Origin: Clostridia bacterium
GTDB lineage: Bacteria > Bacillota > Clostridia > UMGS1810
DNA length: 64,000 nt
Direction of reading: 5' to 3'
NCBI GenBank assembly: GCA_017481205.1
Contig: JAFUPN010000014.1
Coordinates: 17,500-81,499, forward strand
The position numbers and the translations under genes are program-made. A model generated the notes under the pieces. It ran no database searches and was not told where the DNA came from. It saw only the letters and a list, made by a program, of their open reading frames with translations. Shown here in pieces: positions 8,201 to 17,002 of the stretch; within the stretch, counting starts at the first letter, position 1; each line of letters starts with the position of its first letter.

Positions 8201-11041
8201 GAAATAAGAACCGTCATCAGGAGCGCCTGTATCACGTTTCCACGCACCGCTGCCTCTTGATATTGATACAACACCGTCCGTGCTGAAACTCCAGCTCATT
8301 CCGGTTTCACTGACCTCATGACCGTCTGTAAGAGTTCCTTCAAAAATCAACCCTGCTGAAGCTATTTCTCCAACAGACATAGTAATGTTGCTATTTCCAA
8401 CCGTAACATTTTTCAACGGATTTTTATAAACATAAGTAACCTCAGATGTTCCTGTTACTATGTTTCCGTTATCATTTATCTCTGCTGTATAGGTTACAGC
8501 TCCTGCCTTGTACGGAACATATCCGTAAATCATACTTGTTACATATTCGGCAACTGATGAATCGCTACTTGTTATGGTGTAAGAATGAGCATAGCTTGCA
8601 TTTGCAGGGGTGACCGCCACATTTGCATAATCAGGCAAAAAGTCCTCTCCGCTTGAACTGTTGCCGTTTCTTCCGTGAAGCTCTGCAGTTCCTGAAATAC
8701 CGGGTTTAACTGACTGTACAGGTACATATTCTGAAGTCAGTTCGACACTTGCTGTAAGGGCGCTGTTGCTCTTGCCTGTAACAGTCATCGTTGCGCTGCC
8801 GGGCTTGCGGAAGCTGAATGTACTGCTGCCTTCGCTGCGCTTTACAATACCGTCCGGGTCAGACAGCACAAATTCAAAGTCACCTTCAGAAACAGTCTGA
8901 TAGGATGACTCGCCTTCATGCAATGCTTTTATCAGAATACGCATATCCTCCGAGCCGGTAACCGTCGCCTTACCGTCTATAATCTCCACGCCATTTTCAG
9001 TATCTTCATATTCTGCAAGATACAGCCTGATAGTTTCTATTTCATTTGAGCAAATTATTACCTTTGTGCAGGCTATTACCTCTGCACTGCTATCTGCTTT
9101 TACCAAGGTTGCCGTTACAACCAGTATGCCTTCTTTTTCCACACTAAGATAAGGATATTCGCTACCTATAGATGCAACACCGGACGGAAACTGCTGCGAT
9201 GTGCTCCATTCAATTCTCTCTCCCTCCTGCAGTTCATATTCCGGCAGAGAGAAAAAACCGGCTATACCGTTTAATGCTGTATTTATGTCAATTTTCAGCT
9301 CCTGATTTTCAATCAGGGTTGTTGTCTGTGTTCGTTCTGCCGTAAATGCTATGGCAGTTTTATTTTCCGGCAGTTCAATGCTGCCTTCAGATTCAGGAGT
9401 ATAATCAAGATTTTCTCCAAAATATGGATATCCGTTACTATTTTGACCCCAGGATATTCCGTATGTGCCTTTGTTTGCATTAAGAGCAGAAACAAAATCA
9501 AGACTCTTCATCGCCGATGCGTTCAGTGCTTTTACATCGCCGATTGTAGTAAGCTCGGTTAAGTCAATCGGCTGTTTCAAATCGCTGCGCCAATATACAT
9601 TTTGCAGCGTACCTGTATAGACTGTACCGTCCGTTGTTTCCGTCTGCTCAATAATTGAACCGTCAGCCGCCTCGCTGACAGAATAACAATTAGAAATAAT
9701 ACCTCCGTTCAGGCGCTTGGCAAATCCGACTGCGCTGCCACCTGTGATTTCAGTATAGCAGTTAATGATTGCGCCCTGCACCTCCTGAGCACAGGCGCCG
9801 TAGTCTGCACTTGATTTTAAAGCTCCGGCAAAATGAACATTCTGCACCACTCCGTTGCTTCCAATGCTTTTGAATAATCCGGTATAATCATTATTAAAGG
9901 TGATTGTATTTCCACCGCCGTCAAAAGCACCGTTAAAGGTATCAAAACTCATATACCATCCGTCAAACGAAATATCGTTATCAAGAATATAATATGTATC
10001 TGCATTTCCCGCTCCGATTGCTTCAAGCTCGGACTGGGTTGTTATATGCCTGATTGTGCCGTAATCCGACTGAGCAACCGACTCAAATGGCTTTTTCTTT
10101 TCAAGAGCGTTGATTGCCGCTTCCAGTGCGCTGAGTGCAGAATTAACCTCTGCCTGTGTTGCATCAGTAAAATCAAAAACAGCTCTTGCTTCGGTCAACG
10201 CTTCGCTTAAAGTCAACCAGGTATCTGCAGTATATTTATCTTCACTTAGTTCTTCCGCAGCAGTAATTTTTGCTTCAAGCAAAATCTTATTTACAGCAGT
10301 ATCTCCCGTGTCTTCCGTCAAAAACGGGAATCCTCCGTTTGCATTTTCGGTATCCTGTGCCCAGATATATCCGGTAGGCTGAATATCCGTGTTAAGGGCA
10401 GTCACAGCATCAATGCCTGTCATATCGGATTTTTTGGAGACATTTGTTTGTGTTACTTTGCTACCTCCCATACCCACAGCACTGTAGCCTACAGTATACA
10501 AGCTGTTTGAAATTTCTCCTCCGGAGGCAGTTCCTACCAATCCGTCAGCAAACATTGCGCTGTTTGTTCCTGCATAATAGCTGTTAAGAATATTACCTCC
10601 GGAAAGCGTGCCTACAAGACCGCCAATTTCATCCCAGCCGGAGGTTGTCATATCTGCAAGTGAATAACAGTTCTGTATTGTACCGGACAGACATAGTGCC
10701 ATGCTGCCTGAAACGCCGGACAGAGTTAATGTATCAGCTGTTAATACACCCAGATTATGAATCGTGCCTGTGACACTATTTGCCAACGGTTTATCCGCTA
10801 AAGTAATAGTATGACCCTTACCGTCAAGCGTACCTGCCAGTATTTCAATCTGCTGTCCGCTTGTAAGTACAATATCGGCAGTGAGCTCATAAATACTGCC
10901 TTCGCTGATTTCTGCAGGAAAGTCTGATGATGAGGAAATCTGTACCGAAGATGATTCATTATCTGCCAGCGCCGCTGCAGGAATCATACTTATAATCAGA
11001 ATTACTGATAAAAGTAAGCTTAAAATTCTTTTTGATTTCAT
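5267..11041 (-). CDS. Giant (1924 aa) secreted, S-layer-anchored multidomain protein with a transcobalamin-like toroid plus DUF4430 modules
   Basis: Signal peptide MKSKRILSLLLSVILIISMIPAAALA. Two similar N-terminal modules (TLDGKGHTITL... / FDGGGNTITF...). A helical FIVAR-like segment and Ig-like repeats. Toroid repeats (FQAANGGFGL, VDMTAICLQALAPYQDDE). Two DUF4430-like domains (GYWLNNAGCW...GDYLTAFNY and SGWMYRVNGDF...GDYVEWLYTRELGDDIG). One Listeria-Bacteroides repeat (GYTFAGWYTDEALTTEYDF). Three C-terminal SLH domains. Confidence 0.85.
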   Translation of the reverse strand: MKSKRILSLLLSVILIISMIPAAALADNESSSVQISSSSDFPAEISEGSIYELTADIVLTSGQQIEILAGTLDGKGHTITLADKPLANSVTGTIHNLGVLTADTLTLSGVSGSMALCLSGTIQNCYSLADMTTSGWDEIGGLVGTLSGGNILNSYYAGTNSAMFADGLVGTASGGEISNSLYTVGYSAVGMGGSKVTQTNVSKKSDMTGIDAVTALNTDIQPTGYIWAQDTENANGGFPFLTEDTGDTAVNKILLEAKITAAEELSEDKYTADTWLTLSEALTEARAVFDFTDATQAEVNSALSALEAAINALEKKKPFESVAQSDYGTIRHITTQSELEAIGAGNADTYYILDNDISFDGWYMSFDTFNGAFDGGGNTITFNNDYTGLFKSIGSNGVVQNVHFAGALKSSADYGACAQEVQGAIINCYTEITGGSAVGFAKRLNGGIISNCYSVSEAADGSIIEQTETTDGTVYTGTLQNVYWRSDLKQPIDLTELTTIGDVKALNASAMKSLDFVSALNANKGTYGISWGQNSNGYPYFGENLDYTPESEGSIELPENKTAIAFTAERTQTTTLIENQELKIDINTALNGIAGFFSLPEYELQEGERIEWSTSQQFPSGVASIGSEYPYLSVEKEGILVVTATLVKADSSAEVIACTKVIICSNEIETIRLYLAEYEDTENGVEIIDGKATVTGSEDMRILIKALHEGESSYQTVSEGDFEFVLSDPDGIVKRSEGSSTFSFRKPGSATMTVTGKSNSALTASVELTSEYVPVQSVKPGISGTAELHGRNGNSSSGEDFLPDYANVAVTPANASYAHSYTITSSDSSVAEYVTSMIYGYVPYKAGAVTYTAEINDNGNIVTGTSEVTYVYKNPLKNVTVGNSNITMSVGEIASAGLIFEGTLTDGHEVSETGMSWSFSTDGVVSISRGSGAWKRDTGAPDDGSYFLSSEYTIRALSAGTVTITGTPIDTTGGAQPVTFTVTVNGEAEEAPDVYKIISGGIASSADYLQQQLTGLHEGDGVTYGFEWYITALLRAGKAIDKDILDEYYESVAAEVSAWTADVKPTDAERTALALTAMGKDITDIDGVNLAELIYDSTKLADGSNELAYALLALDAADTTIPDTVVWSRNKIITELLKFQAANGGFGLYDNAGGDVDMTAICLQALAPYQDDEAVAASVSKALDYIKNAISDNYTYADNSNTTAQVLLALSVLKIDVTDSDNGFGNTYYNIITAIDEYRNANGNGYFYGDKVNPMATVQVMQAYDAYRKAHKENISYWNFGVTGAEYDDTSTGEGSDSGNKGEASSVVYVTIASDGTIVKDRSGGYVAQAPVTVTDFDKNGVLTVDEALYCAHETYYQGGAAAGYSSYNGSYGLSLAILWGKGTQGASATAGYWLNNAGCWSLEDEVKDGDYLTAFNYFDAAGWSDAYSYFAENEVSVTAGEAVKLTLNYHSGYDENNNWAPVFSPYSGANVVFLGNNNGIQKTLTTNSDGQVSISFSNAASVGSYYVMAYADDGSIVPAVCKMNVTAGSTGGSGGSGGEADDSITVYIRVADPKGKTYLKKTSYSMEEGHTVYDLLNKTGLDVEVTKSAYGIYVKSIEGLAEFDEGAESGWMYRVNGDFSDYSASLYSLSEGDYVEWLYTRELGDDIGDNSRGSSSSVGSSSTCTVKFETNGGSTVSSQSIAKKGTVTKPATPEKDGYTFAGWYTDEALTTEYDFSTKVTSSLTLYAKWTKGEAEKSEALTEFVDVEAGSWYEEAIGYAVENNLFKGVSNTEFAPDSNMTRAMLVAVLYRLENPEKKERTHLFADVSDGEWYAEAVAWAAESGVVNGVNETEFAPDDNITREQMAAVIYRYARLKGYDTHKTSELAGFTDVNEISIYALDAVKWANAAELIKGISETSISPKTTATRAQTAAILMRFCRNIEK

Positions 11042-11221
11042 TATGTTTCAATCCCTTCGTTATTTTCATTTTTTCAATTGTAGGTCTGTTTCTATACACC
11101 TCCGTAACACATTACCGGGACAAACAAAAAAGCCGCGGCAATTTTGTAAATAAAATTACCACAGCAGACTATTTCTGTGAACAACACAATTTGCCTTTAT
11201 AAAAAAGCAAAACTGCCGCTC

Positions 11222-11455
11222 CTGGGCGCAAAGCCTTTTACAAAGCGACATCAGAGCAGGTCTTCTGGCTTATATCATCTATCGGATTTTTTATATCCGA
11301 AGCGCCTTGCACTCTGCCTTCTCAGTTTCCCAATGACCGGCTTTCACCGACGGTACAAAGCTATGATACATACAGCGACTGGTATCGCACGGGATTTTCA
11401 CCCGTTTCCCTTTTCACCGGACAAAGCCACATTTTCTAAGGCTGCGCCCGACACT
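11222..11455 (-). promoter_or_regulatory. Cobalamin (AdoCbl-type) riboswitch
   Basis: The minus strand reads GGTGAAAAGGGAAACGGGTGAAAATCCCGTGCGATACCAGTCGCTGTA ... GCCGGTCATTGGGAAACTGAGAAGGC ... AGCCAGAAGACCTGC (B12 box). It lies about 180 nt upstream of the 1924-aa ORF. The plus-strand ORF 11177..11500 is a shadow of it. Confidence 0.85.
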
Positions 11456-11596
11456 CTGTGTGAATTATTAACTTGTGTCAAAGGTATGATATCACAATAA
11501 AACCGAAAAATCAATACAAAAACAAACACATTATTTATAAAAAACAAATAAATGTATAAAAAAGCAAAAAATGTATACTAAAAACATAAAAAATCA

Positions 11597-11626
11597 TTGA
11601 CATTTGCATCATGTTTGTGGTATTAT
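11597..11626 (+). promoter_or_regulatory. Sigma-A-like promoter for tRNA-Leu
   Basis: TTGACA (11597-11602), an 18-nt spacer, then TATTAT (11621-11626). It is preceded by an A-rich UP-like tract. Confidence 0.45.
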
Positions 11627-11705
11627 AATCTTTGTGCCGGGAAGCAAAAAGCTGAAAACAAAAAACGTTTTTTATTTTCGGATTTCTCTTCCCTATTCAA
11701 AAAAT

Positions 11706-11789
11706 GCGGATGTGGCGGAACTGGCAGACGCGCCAGATTTAGGTTCTGGTGTCACCGACGTGGGGGTTCAAGTCCCTTCATCCGCACCA
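11706..11789 (+). tRNA. tRNA-Leu (anticodon TAG), type II with long variable arm, CCA encoded
   Basis: GCGGATG acceptor pairs with CATCCGC. The anticodon arm is CCAGA-TTTAGGT-TCTGG. There is a long variable arm and a GGTTCAAGTCC T-arm. Confidence 0.85.
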
Positions 11790-11932
11790 AATTTATGCGT
11801 GGAGCTATTTTTAGTTCCGCGCATATTTTATTTCCCCGCAAAACCAAATCACCCTTCGCCTTTGGCTCGGTCTCTTTGGAAGGGACTCTCGCCTATAAAA
11901 CAATCCACCGGATTGTTTTACTTACGGCTCGT

Positions 11933-11966
11933 CTTCATCCGCACCAAATTTATGCGTGGAGCTATT
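11933..11966 (+). repeat. Exact 34-bp duplicate of the tRNA-Leu 3' end plus downstream flank (copy 1 = 11776..11809)
   Basis: CTTCATCCGCACCAAATTTATGCGTGGAGCTATT occurs twice, 157 bp apart. Identity stops abruptly on both sides. Confidence 0.85.
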
Positions 11967-12002
11967 CAACCGAATAAGGGTTGCGTTCTTTTTTGGATGT
12001 AT

Positions 12003-12037
12003 ATAGAAAACCGGCATCACCTTATTGGAAATGCCGG
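12003..12037 (-). terminator. Rho-independent terminator after the GRE activase gene
   Basis: Stem CCGGCAT/ATGCCGG (12011-12037), followed on the minus strand by GTTTTCT. Confidence 0.55.
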
Positions 12038-12044
12038 GATTTGT

Positions 12045-12923
12045 TTATCTTATGACTCTTAGCCCAAATGACTCAATGATTCTTTCTGCAGTTTCCATTT
12101 CTTCGGTTTTGGGCACCTTTCCGGGAAGAGTATTTTCCATAGAAAGAGACTCGTATTTTGAACCTGCATAATTATGATACGGAAGAACTCTTACCCCTAC
12201 AATGTTTTTGAACTCATTAAGAAAGCTTCCAATTTTTTCAATCTGATTATCATTGAAATCCGGAACATATGGAATTCTTATTTCAATTTTACTCCCCCGG
12301 GAATCAATATACTTCAGATTGTCAAGAATCAGGCGGTTTGATACTCCCGTACACTTTATATGCACATCCTCATCAATTGCCTTTACATCATACAAAAACA
12401 CATCTGTGTACGGAATAACCATGTCATACACATCCTGCTTTACACAGCCGCAGGTATCAACAGCAGTGTTAACACCGTTGTGTTTTAAAAGCTTTAAAAA
12501 ATCTCTGCAGAACTCCGGCTGCATAAGACACTCACCGCCGGAAAGAGTTACTCCCCCACCGGAAGTATCGTAAAACTCCTTGTCCTCCATAACAATTTTC
12601 AAAAGCTCTTCGGCTGTCTTTTCCTTGCCGTAGAGAGTAAGAGCACCGTTAAAGCAAGCTTCTGCGCACTTACCACAGCCTATACACTGATTTCTGTCCA
12701 GAGTATGGATGTCTGCAATTTTGTGATTTTTACAAACCAATTCACATCTGCCGCAAAGTATACACTTGTTTTGAAGCACTGCAAGCTGCGGCTTTGAGGA
12801 TATCCCCTCCGGATTGTGACACCACACGCATTTTAGCGGACAGCCCTTTAAAAATACTGTTGTTCGTATACCATCACCATCGTGAACGGCAAATTTCTTT
12901 ATTTCAAACACATTTGCAGTCAT
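12045..12923 (-). CDS. Glycyl radical enzyme activating enzyme (radical SAM, PflA family with extra ferredoxin-type clusters)
   Basis: CPLKCVWCHNPE (CxxxCxxC radical SAM motif) plus CILCGRCELVC and CIGCGKCAEAC. Start moved to MTANVFEIKK, which has RBS GGAGGG 7 nt upstream. Confidence 0.85.
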   Translation of the reverse strand: MTANVFEIKKFAVHDGDGIRTTVFLKGCPLKCVWCHNPEGISSKPQLAVLQNKCILCGRCELVCKNHKIADIHTLDRNQCIGCGKCAEACFNGALTLYGKEKTAEELLKIVMEDKEFYDTSGGGVTLSGGECLMQPEFCRDFLKLLKHNGVNTAVDTCGCVKQDVYDMVIPYTDVFLYDVKAIDEDVHIKCTGVSNRLILDNLKYIDSRGSKIEIRIPYVPDFNDNQIEKIGSFLNEFKNIVGVRVLPYHNYAGSKYESLSMENTLPGKVPKTEEMETAERIIESFGLRVIR

Positions 12924-13836
12924 TGGTCGCCCTCCGTTTAATGTTTGATATAAGTATTGCGGCAAGAATTATGACAAAAGCCACTAGATATGTCATCCTG
13001 AATATTTCTTCTCCCAGAATGAGCCCTGAAAAAATCACCGCAAAAAGAGGCTCGGTAAATTTGATAACCGACAGCTTTGAGAGGTCGTTGTATTTTATGA
13101 GAGTATTCCAGAGTGAATATGCGGTTATTGAAGCAAGGCAGATATAGGCGAATATTAGTATAGATTTTACATCAATATCTGCAAGCTTTCCACCTAGAAA
13201 CATTCCCGCTGCCAAAAGAACTATTCCACCGGTCAGCTGTGAATATGCCACAATCTGAACGGGAGATGTAGTACGGGTTGCTTTTTTAGTACAAATCATA
13301 CTGATGCACGAGCAAGCCGATGCTAATATGAGCAGAAAATCGGCTATGCCAAAGATAAAGCCTGAGCTATCTAGATTAGTTGCAATAATTCCGGCAAAGC
13401 CAAGCACGCCCGAAATAAGCTTAGGCACAGAAAAGCTGTCCTCTTTGTCAAACAAAAATGCAAAACAGCTTAAAAACAAAAATCCAACCTGCTTGATAAT
13501 CGCACTTTTTGAGCCTTCGCCAATAGACAGTGCAACGTATGTAAAGCTGTAGTGGAGTACTATGGATGTTAACGTAATCCAAAAAATATAAATAAGACTT
13601 TGCTTACGGGGTATATCTATCTTCTTGTTTTTTATGCCACCGATACCTATAAGAATAATTCCACTGACAGTAAATCTCAGTCCTGCAAAAAGGATGATTG
13701 ACGGAATTTCACTTCCCGATATTTCAAAAGCTTTGTATCCAAGCTTTACACACGGAAACAGTGAACCCCATAGTGCACACACAATAACGGCGGCAAGCAC
13801 GCTTGTAATCTTATTTGAAAATATGTTTGTCTTCAT
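12904..13836 (-). CDS. EamA/DMT-family transporter (10-TM)
   Basis: Polytopic membrane protein with two EamA-like halves. Start moved to MKTNIFSNK so that it does not overlap the GRE stop at 13880. Confidence 0.7.
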   Translation of the reverse strand: MKTNIFSNKITSVLAAVIVCALWGSLFPCVKLGYKAFEISGSEIPSIILFAGLRFTVSGIILIGIGGIKNKKIDIPRKQSLIYIFWITLTSIVLHYSFTYVALSIGEGSKSAIIKQVGFLFLSCFAFLFDKEDSFSVPKLISGVLGFAGIIATNLDSSGFIFGIADFLLILASACSCISMICTKKATRTTSPVQIVAYSQLTGGIVLLAAGMFLGGKLADIDVKSILIFAYICLASITAYSLWNTLIKYNDLSKLSVIKFTEPLFAVIFSGLILGEEIFRMTYLVAFVIILAAILISNIKRRATNDCKCV

Positions 13837-13879
13837 AATGTCTCGCTCTCTTTTTTTAAGTTTATTCTTTATACAAATA

Positions 13880-16095
13880 TTACATAAGAGCTTCTGCCTG
13901 GCGTATAAAGCCTTCCTGTTCTTCAGGCGCAATGTTATTCCAAAGCACATTCCAGCCGCACACTCTTATCTGAAGGTCCTCGTATTTTTCAGGATACTTC
14001 TGAGCATCGCGGAGTGTGGATGCATCAAACACATTTATATGTATGGCATGACCACCTCTGTTCATAAAAGTACGAACTAGCGCATAAAGGGCTTCAAGTC
14101 CATCTTCACCTTTTACTGCCGTGGGATGAATTGCAAAATCCAACGCCGCATCACAATGAATCTTTGTAGCATCAATCTTAGTCGCAGACAGTATTGCACC
14201 TGTCACTCCCTCCCGGCTCATGCCAAGAGATGCAGAAAGATTTTTTGAAAGCTCCTGACCGCGCAATCTGCCATCCGCCGATGCCGCCGTACACAATCCC
14301 TGAGTATAAGACATTCTTGCCACATGGGTACTCGTTCCCCAATTACCATTACGTTCACTTGCGTTCTTTTTATCCTTGAGATAATCTACAACAAAGTCAA
14401 CAATCTCCACAGCAAAGGTATCAGGAATATCCTTATTGTTACCGTAATGGTCGCAATTACGGAGTATTCTCTGTCTTATATGCTCATAGCCTTCGTAATT
14501 TACATCAAGGATATGTCTGAGCTCATCTAAAGTTAATTCCTTTTTGTCAAACACAAGTTCTTTTATGGCAATCAGCGAATCGGCAGCATTTGCCAGAAAT
14601 CCTATTTCCACGGTAGTGTTGTTAGAGAAAGCTCCACCGTTCAAAGCATCGCGCTTCTTTTCAAGACACGTTGGAAATGTCGCTGACAGCATAGACTGTG
14701 GATTTATATACGAAAGATAGTTTTCAAAGCTGTTGTTTGTAGCTATGATTGTATCTATAAGATGTGTAAGCTGTAATTTATAAGCATTATAAAAATCATC
14801 AAATGTATCAAACTGCAGAGGAGTTTTCAGCCCTGACTCTTCTCTTGTATACGCATCGAGCCCTCCATAAAGTGCATATTCCAGCGGTTTCATAAGATTG
14901 GTGTAGTTCATACCCGTACCAAGAGACCCCTGGCACGAATACTCATAGCAGCCGGTTACGTGACACAGTCTAGCCTGGTCATAGGTTGCACCTCTTTTCA
15001 TCAAAGCTTTAATCATGGTTTCTTCACAGACAAAAACTATACTGTTATGTCCACGTCTTATCATATCAAGCGCACGCAATACAAAATCCTTGGGAGTGTT
15101 GTTTGCAATCTTTATCTGTATTTTTGGGTTATAAATGCCCATTTTGTCGTATACATCCAGAAGCAAATGTGAAAGCTCATTCACTTCGCTTTCGCCGTTT
15201 GCCTTTGTTCCGGCAAGATACATAGGCTGCCCCCAATAATTGCCGATTGCTGTAAACTGCATATAAAAATATGCTATATCCTCACGGATTTCCTGTTCTG
15301 TTATGCCGTTTTCAAGGTCCTTTAAGTAATACGGATACAATAATCTGTCTAAATTTGACAGAGAACGAGCCTGCAAGCCTTCAATATGTTCGCTGATAAT
15401 AAAGTACAAGTAAATTATCATAAGCACATCATAAAAGGTTTCGGGCGCTCCGTTTTTAAGAGTCTCAAGTGATTTTCTCATTTTAGGAGCTTCACAGATT
15501 TCTATAAGCCGCCCAATAAAGTTAAGTATAGCTCTGTATGTTATATCCATGCCCTCAAAAAGAGCATTTTCCTTTTTTGTAAGACCGCCATTCTTTTCGT
15601 GATTTTCCCAAGCTTTATTGCTTCCCTTAAAATGCCGGTAAATCCAAGAGGAATAACTCTATCCCACACCGGCACACTATGGTCATAGTCGGGCCATATG
15701 GTAGAAATACCCTTGTTCTCAAGCTCGTCTCTTTTAGCTCCCACCTCCGGAATGATTTCATAAAAAACTTCTTTTTTCCATGAGTCTATAAGAGTTTTAT
15801 TTATGGGACGGTCAACAGAACAAATAGCAGGAAATCTGTCTCTCTTATCACAGCTGATTCTGGTATTTTCAAGAACAAACCTAACAGCATGTGCTTTTCT
15901 GACGGGATGCGGAAGATTTTCATACTTTTTATCATTTTCCCATATTCCGTCTATAATATCTTTTGGGCTTAAACCCGTGTTTTCGTCAAAAATCTCTTCG
16001 TGACAGACAAACCTTGCGAAAGTATCAAAGGGCTTTGCAGAATCGTGATACTTATTTTTTATATAATCATAATCCTCATTTTTAATATACTCCAT
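13880..16095 (-). pseudogene. Glycyl radical enzyme (PFL2/dehydratase-like) with an interrupted reading frame (ORFs 15541..16104 and 13880..15550)
   Basis: The C-terminal ORF carries the Cys loop VTGCYEYS and the glycyl radical motif IRVCGWNV. The N-terminal 187-aa ORF ends in out-of-frame residues. The downstream frame stays open upstream of its ATG and reads ...AWENHEKNGGLTKKENALFEGMDITY. This indicates a 1-nt frameshift or a sequencing error. Confidence 0.75.
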
Positions 16096-16228
16096 AAAAT
16101 ACACGACCTTTCTTATTTCGCACTCATTTTAGCATAAGAATCACAAAAAGTACATACATAAATAAAAACCACTTGACTAAATCGCTACTTAATAATATAA
16201 TGAATTCACAAAGAGAGGAGTATCTGAA

Positions 16229-17002
16229 ATGTTGTTAACACTTAATGATTGTACAATTACCAATATAGAAATAGCAATCAATGTACCCTACGGTACCGGA
16301 AGCAGCACACACAAAAACCGCCGTTTTCACGGTTTGGTTATGAACGATTCTACCTCAAGCAAACTCTACCGCTTTTCTGACGGGACAACTATGGAGACTT
16401 TGCCTGACTCAGTTTTTTATCTTCCGGAACATTCGAGCTATATAGTAAAAGACGTAGCTCCCGGAGGATGCTGGGCCATAAATTTTTATATGAACAAACC
16501 AATACAGCTTGCCCCTTTTTCCATAAAATTACGAAATCATCTGCCTGTTCAGCGTATTTTTAAAGAATCTATTGAAATCTATATGAAAAAGAAGCCATTT
16601 TCCCGAGTGGAAATAATTAAAAATCTATATTCAATAATTTCACATATCGGCAATGAAAGCTTACATTCATATATCCCAAGTACACTCAGAAATAAAATTC
16701 AACCTGCCGAAAACGAAATTTTTTCAAGATATACGGATACTGATTTAACAGTTTCTGAGCTTGCAAAGCTATGCGGCATAAGCGTCGCATATTTAAGACG
16801 TGCTTTTAATCAGATTTACTCTATGAGTCCCAAAGATTACATATGTTCTCTGCGCATCGACCACGCAAAGGCACTTTTGGAAAACACATCCCTCCCCGTA
16901 TCTGAAATCGCCGTTATGAGCGGATATTCAGACCCCTGCTATTTTTCCAGAGAGTTCAAAAAAAGAACGGGTATTGCTCCATCAAGGTATAAGTCTTTAT
17001 AA
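16229..17002 (+). CDS. AraC-family transcriptional regulator (cupin-like sensor plus HTH), divergent from the GRE
   Basis: C-terminal AraC HTH (LAKLCGISVAYLRRAFNQIYSMSPKDYICSLRIDHAKALL; SGYSDPCYFSREFKKRTGIAPSRY). Confidence 0.8.
   Translation: MLLTLNDCTITNIEIAINVPYGTGSSTHKNRRFHGLVMNDSTSSKLYRFSDGTTMETLPDSVFYLPEHSSYIVKDVAPGGCWAINFYMNKPIQLAPFSIKLRNHLPVQRIFKESIEIYMKKKPFSRVEIIKNLYSIISHIGNESLHSYIPSTLRNKIQPAENEIFSRYTDTDLTVSELAKLCGISVAYLRRAFNQIYSMSPKDYICSLRIDHAKALLENTSLPVSEIAVMSGYSDPCYFSREFKKRTGIAPSRYKSL

Noticed and set aside
3041-10382. Numerous 60-190-aa plus-strand ORFs inside the large minus-strand genes (for example 3041..3601, 7532..8032, 10110..10382).
   Set aside because: They are shadow ORFs antisense to long, motif-rich CDSs. 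They have low-complexity or Cys/Ser-rich translations and no RBS. Similar shadow ORFs elsewhere were rejected on the same grounds (37490..37972, 47466..48224, 52703..53179, 57109..57843, 58871..59450).
11177-12062. Plus-strand ORFs 11177..11500, 11597..11977 and 11604..12062.
   Set aside because: They coincide with the cobalamin riboswitch (opposite strand), tRNA-Leu and its duplicated 3' end. There is no RBS or protein-like composition.
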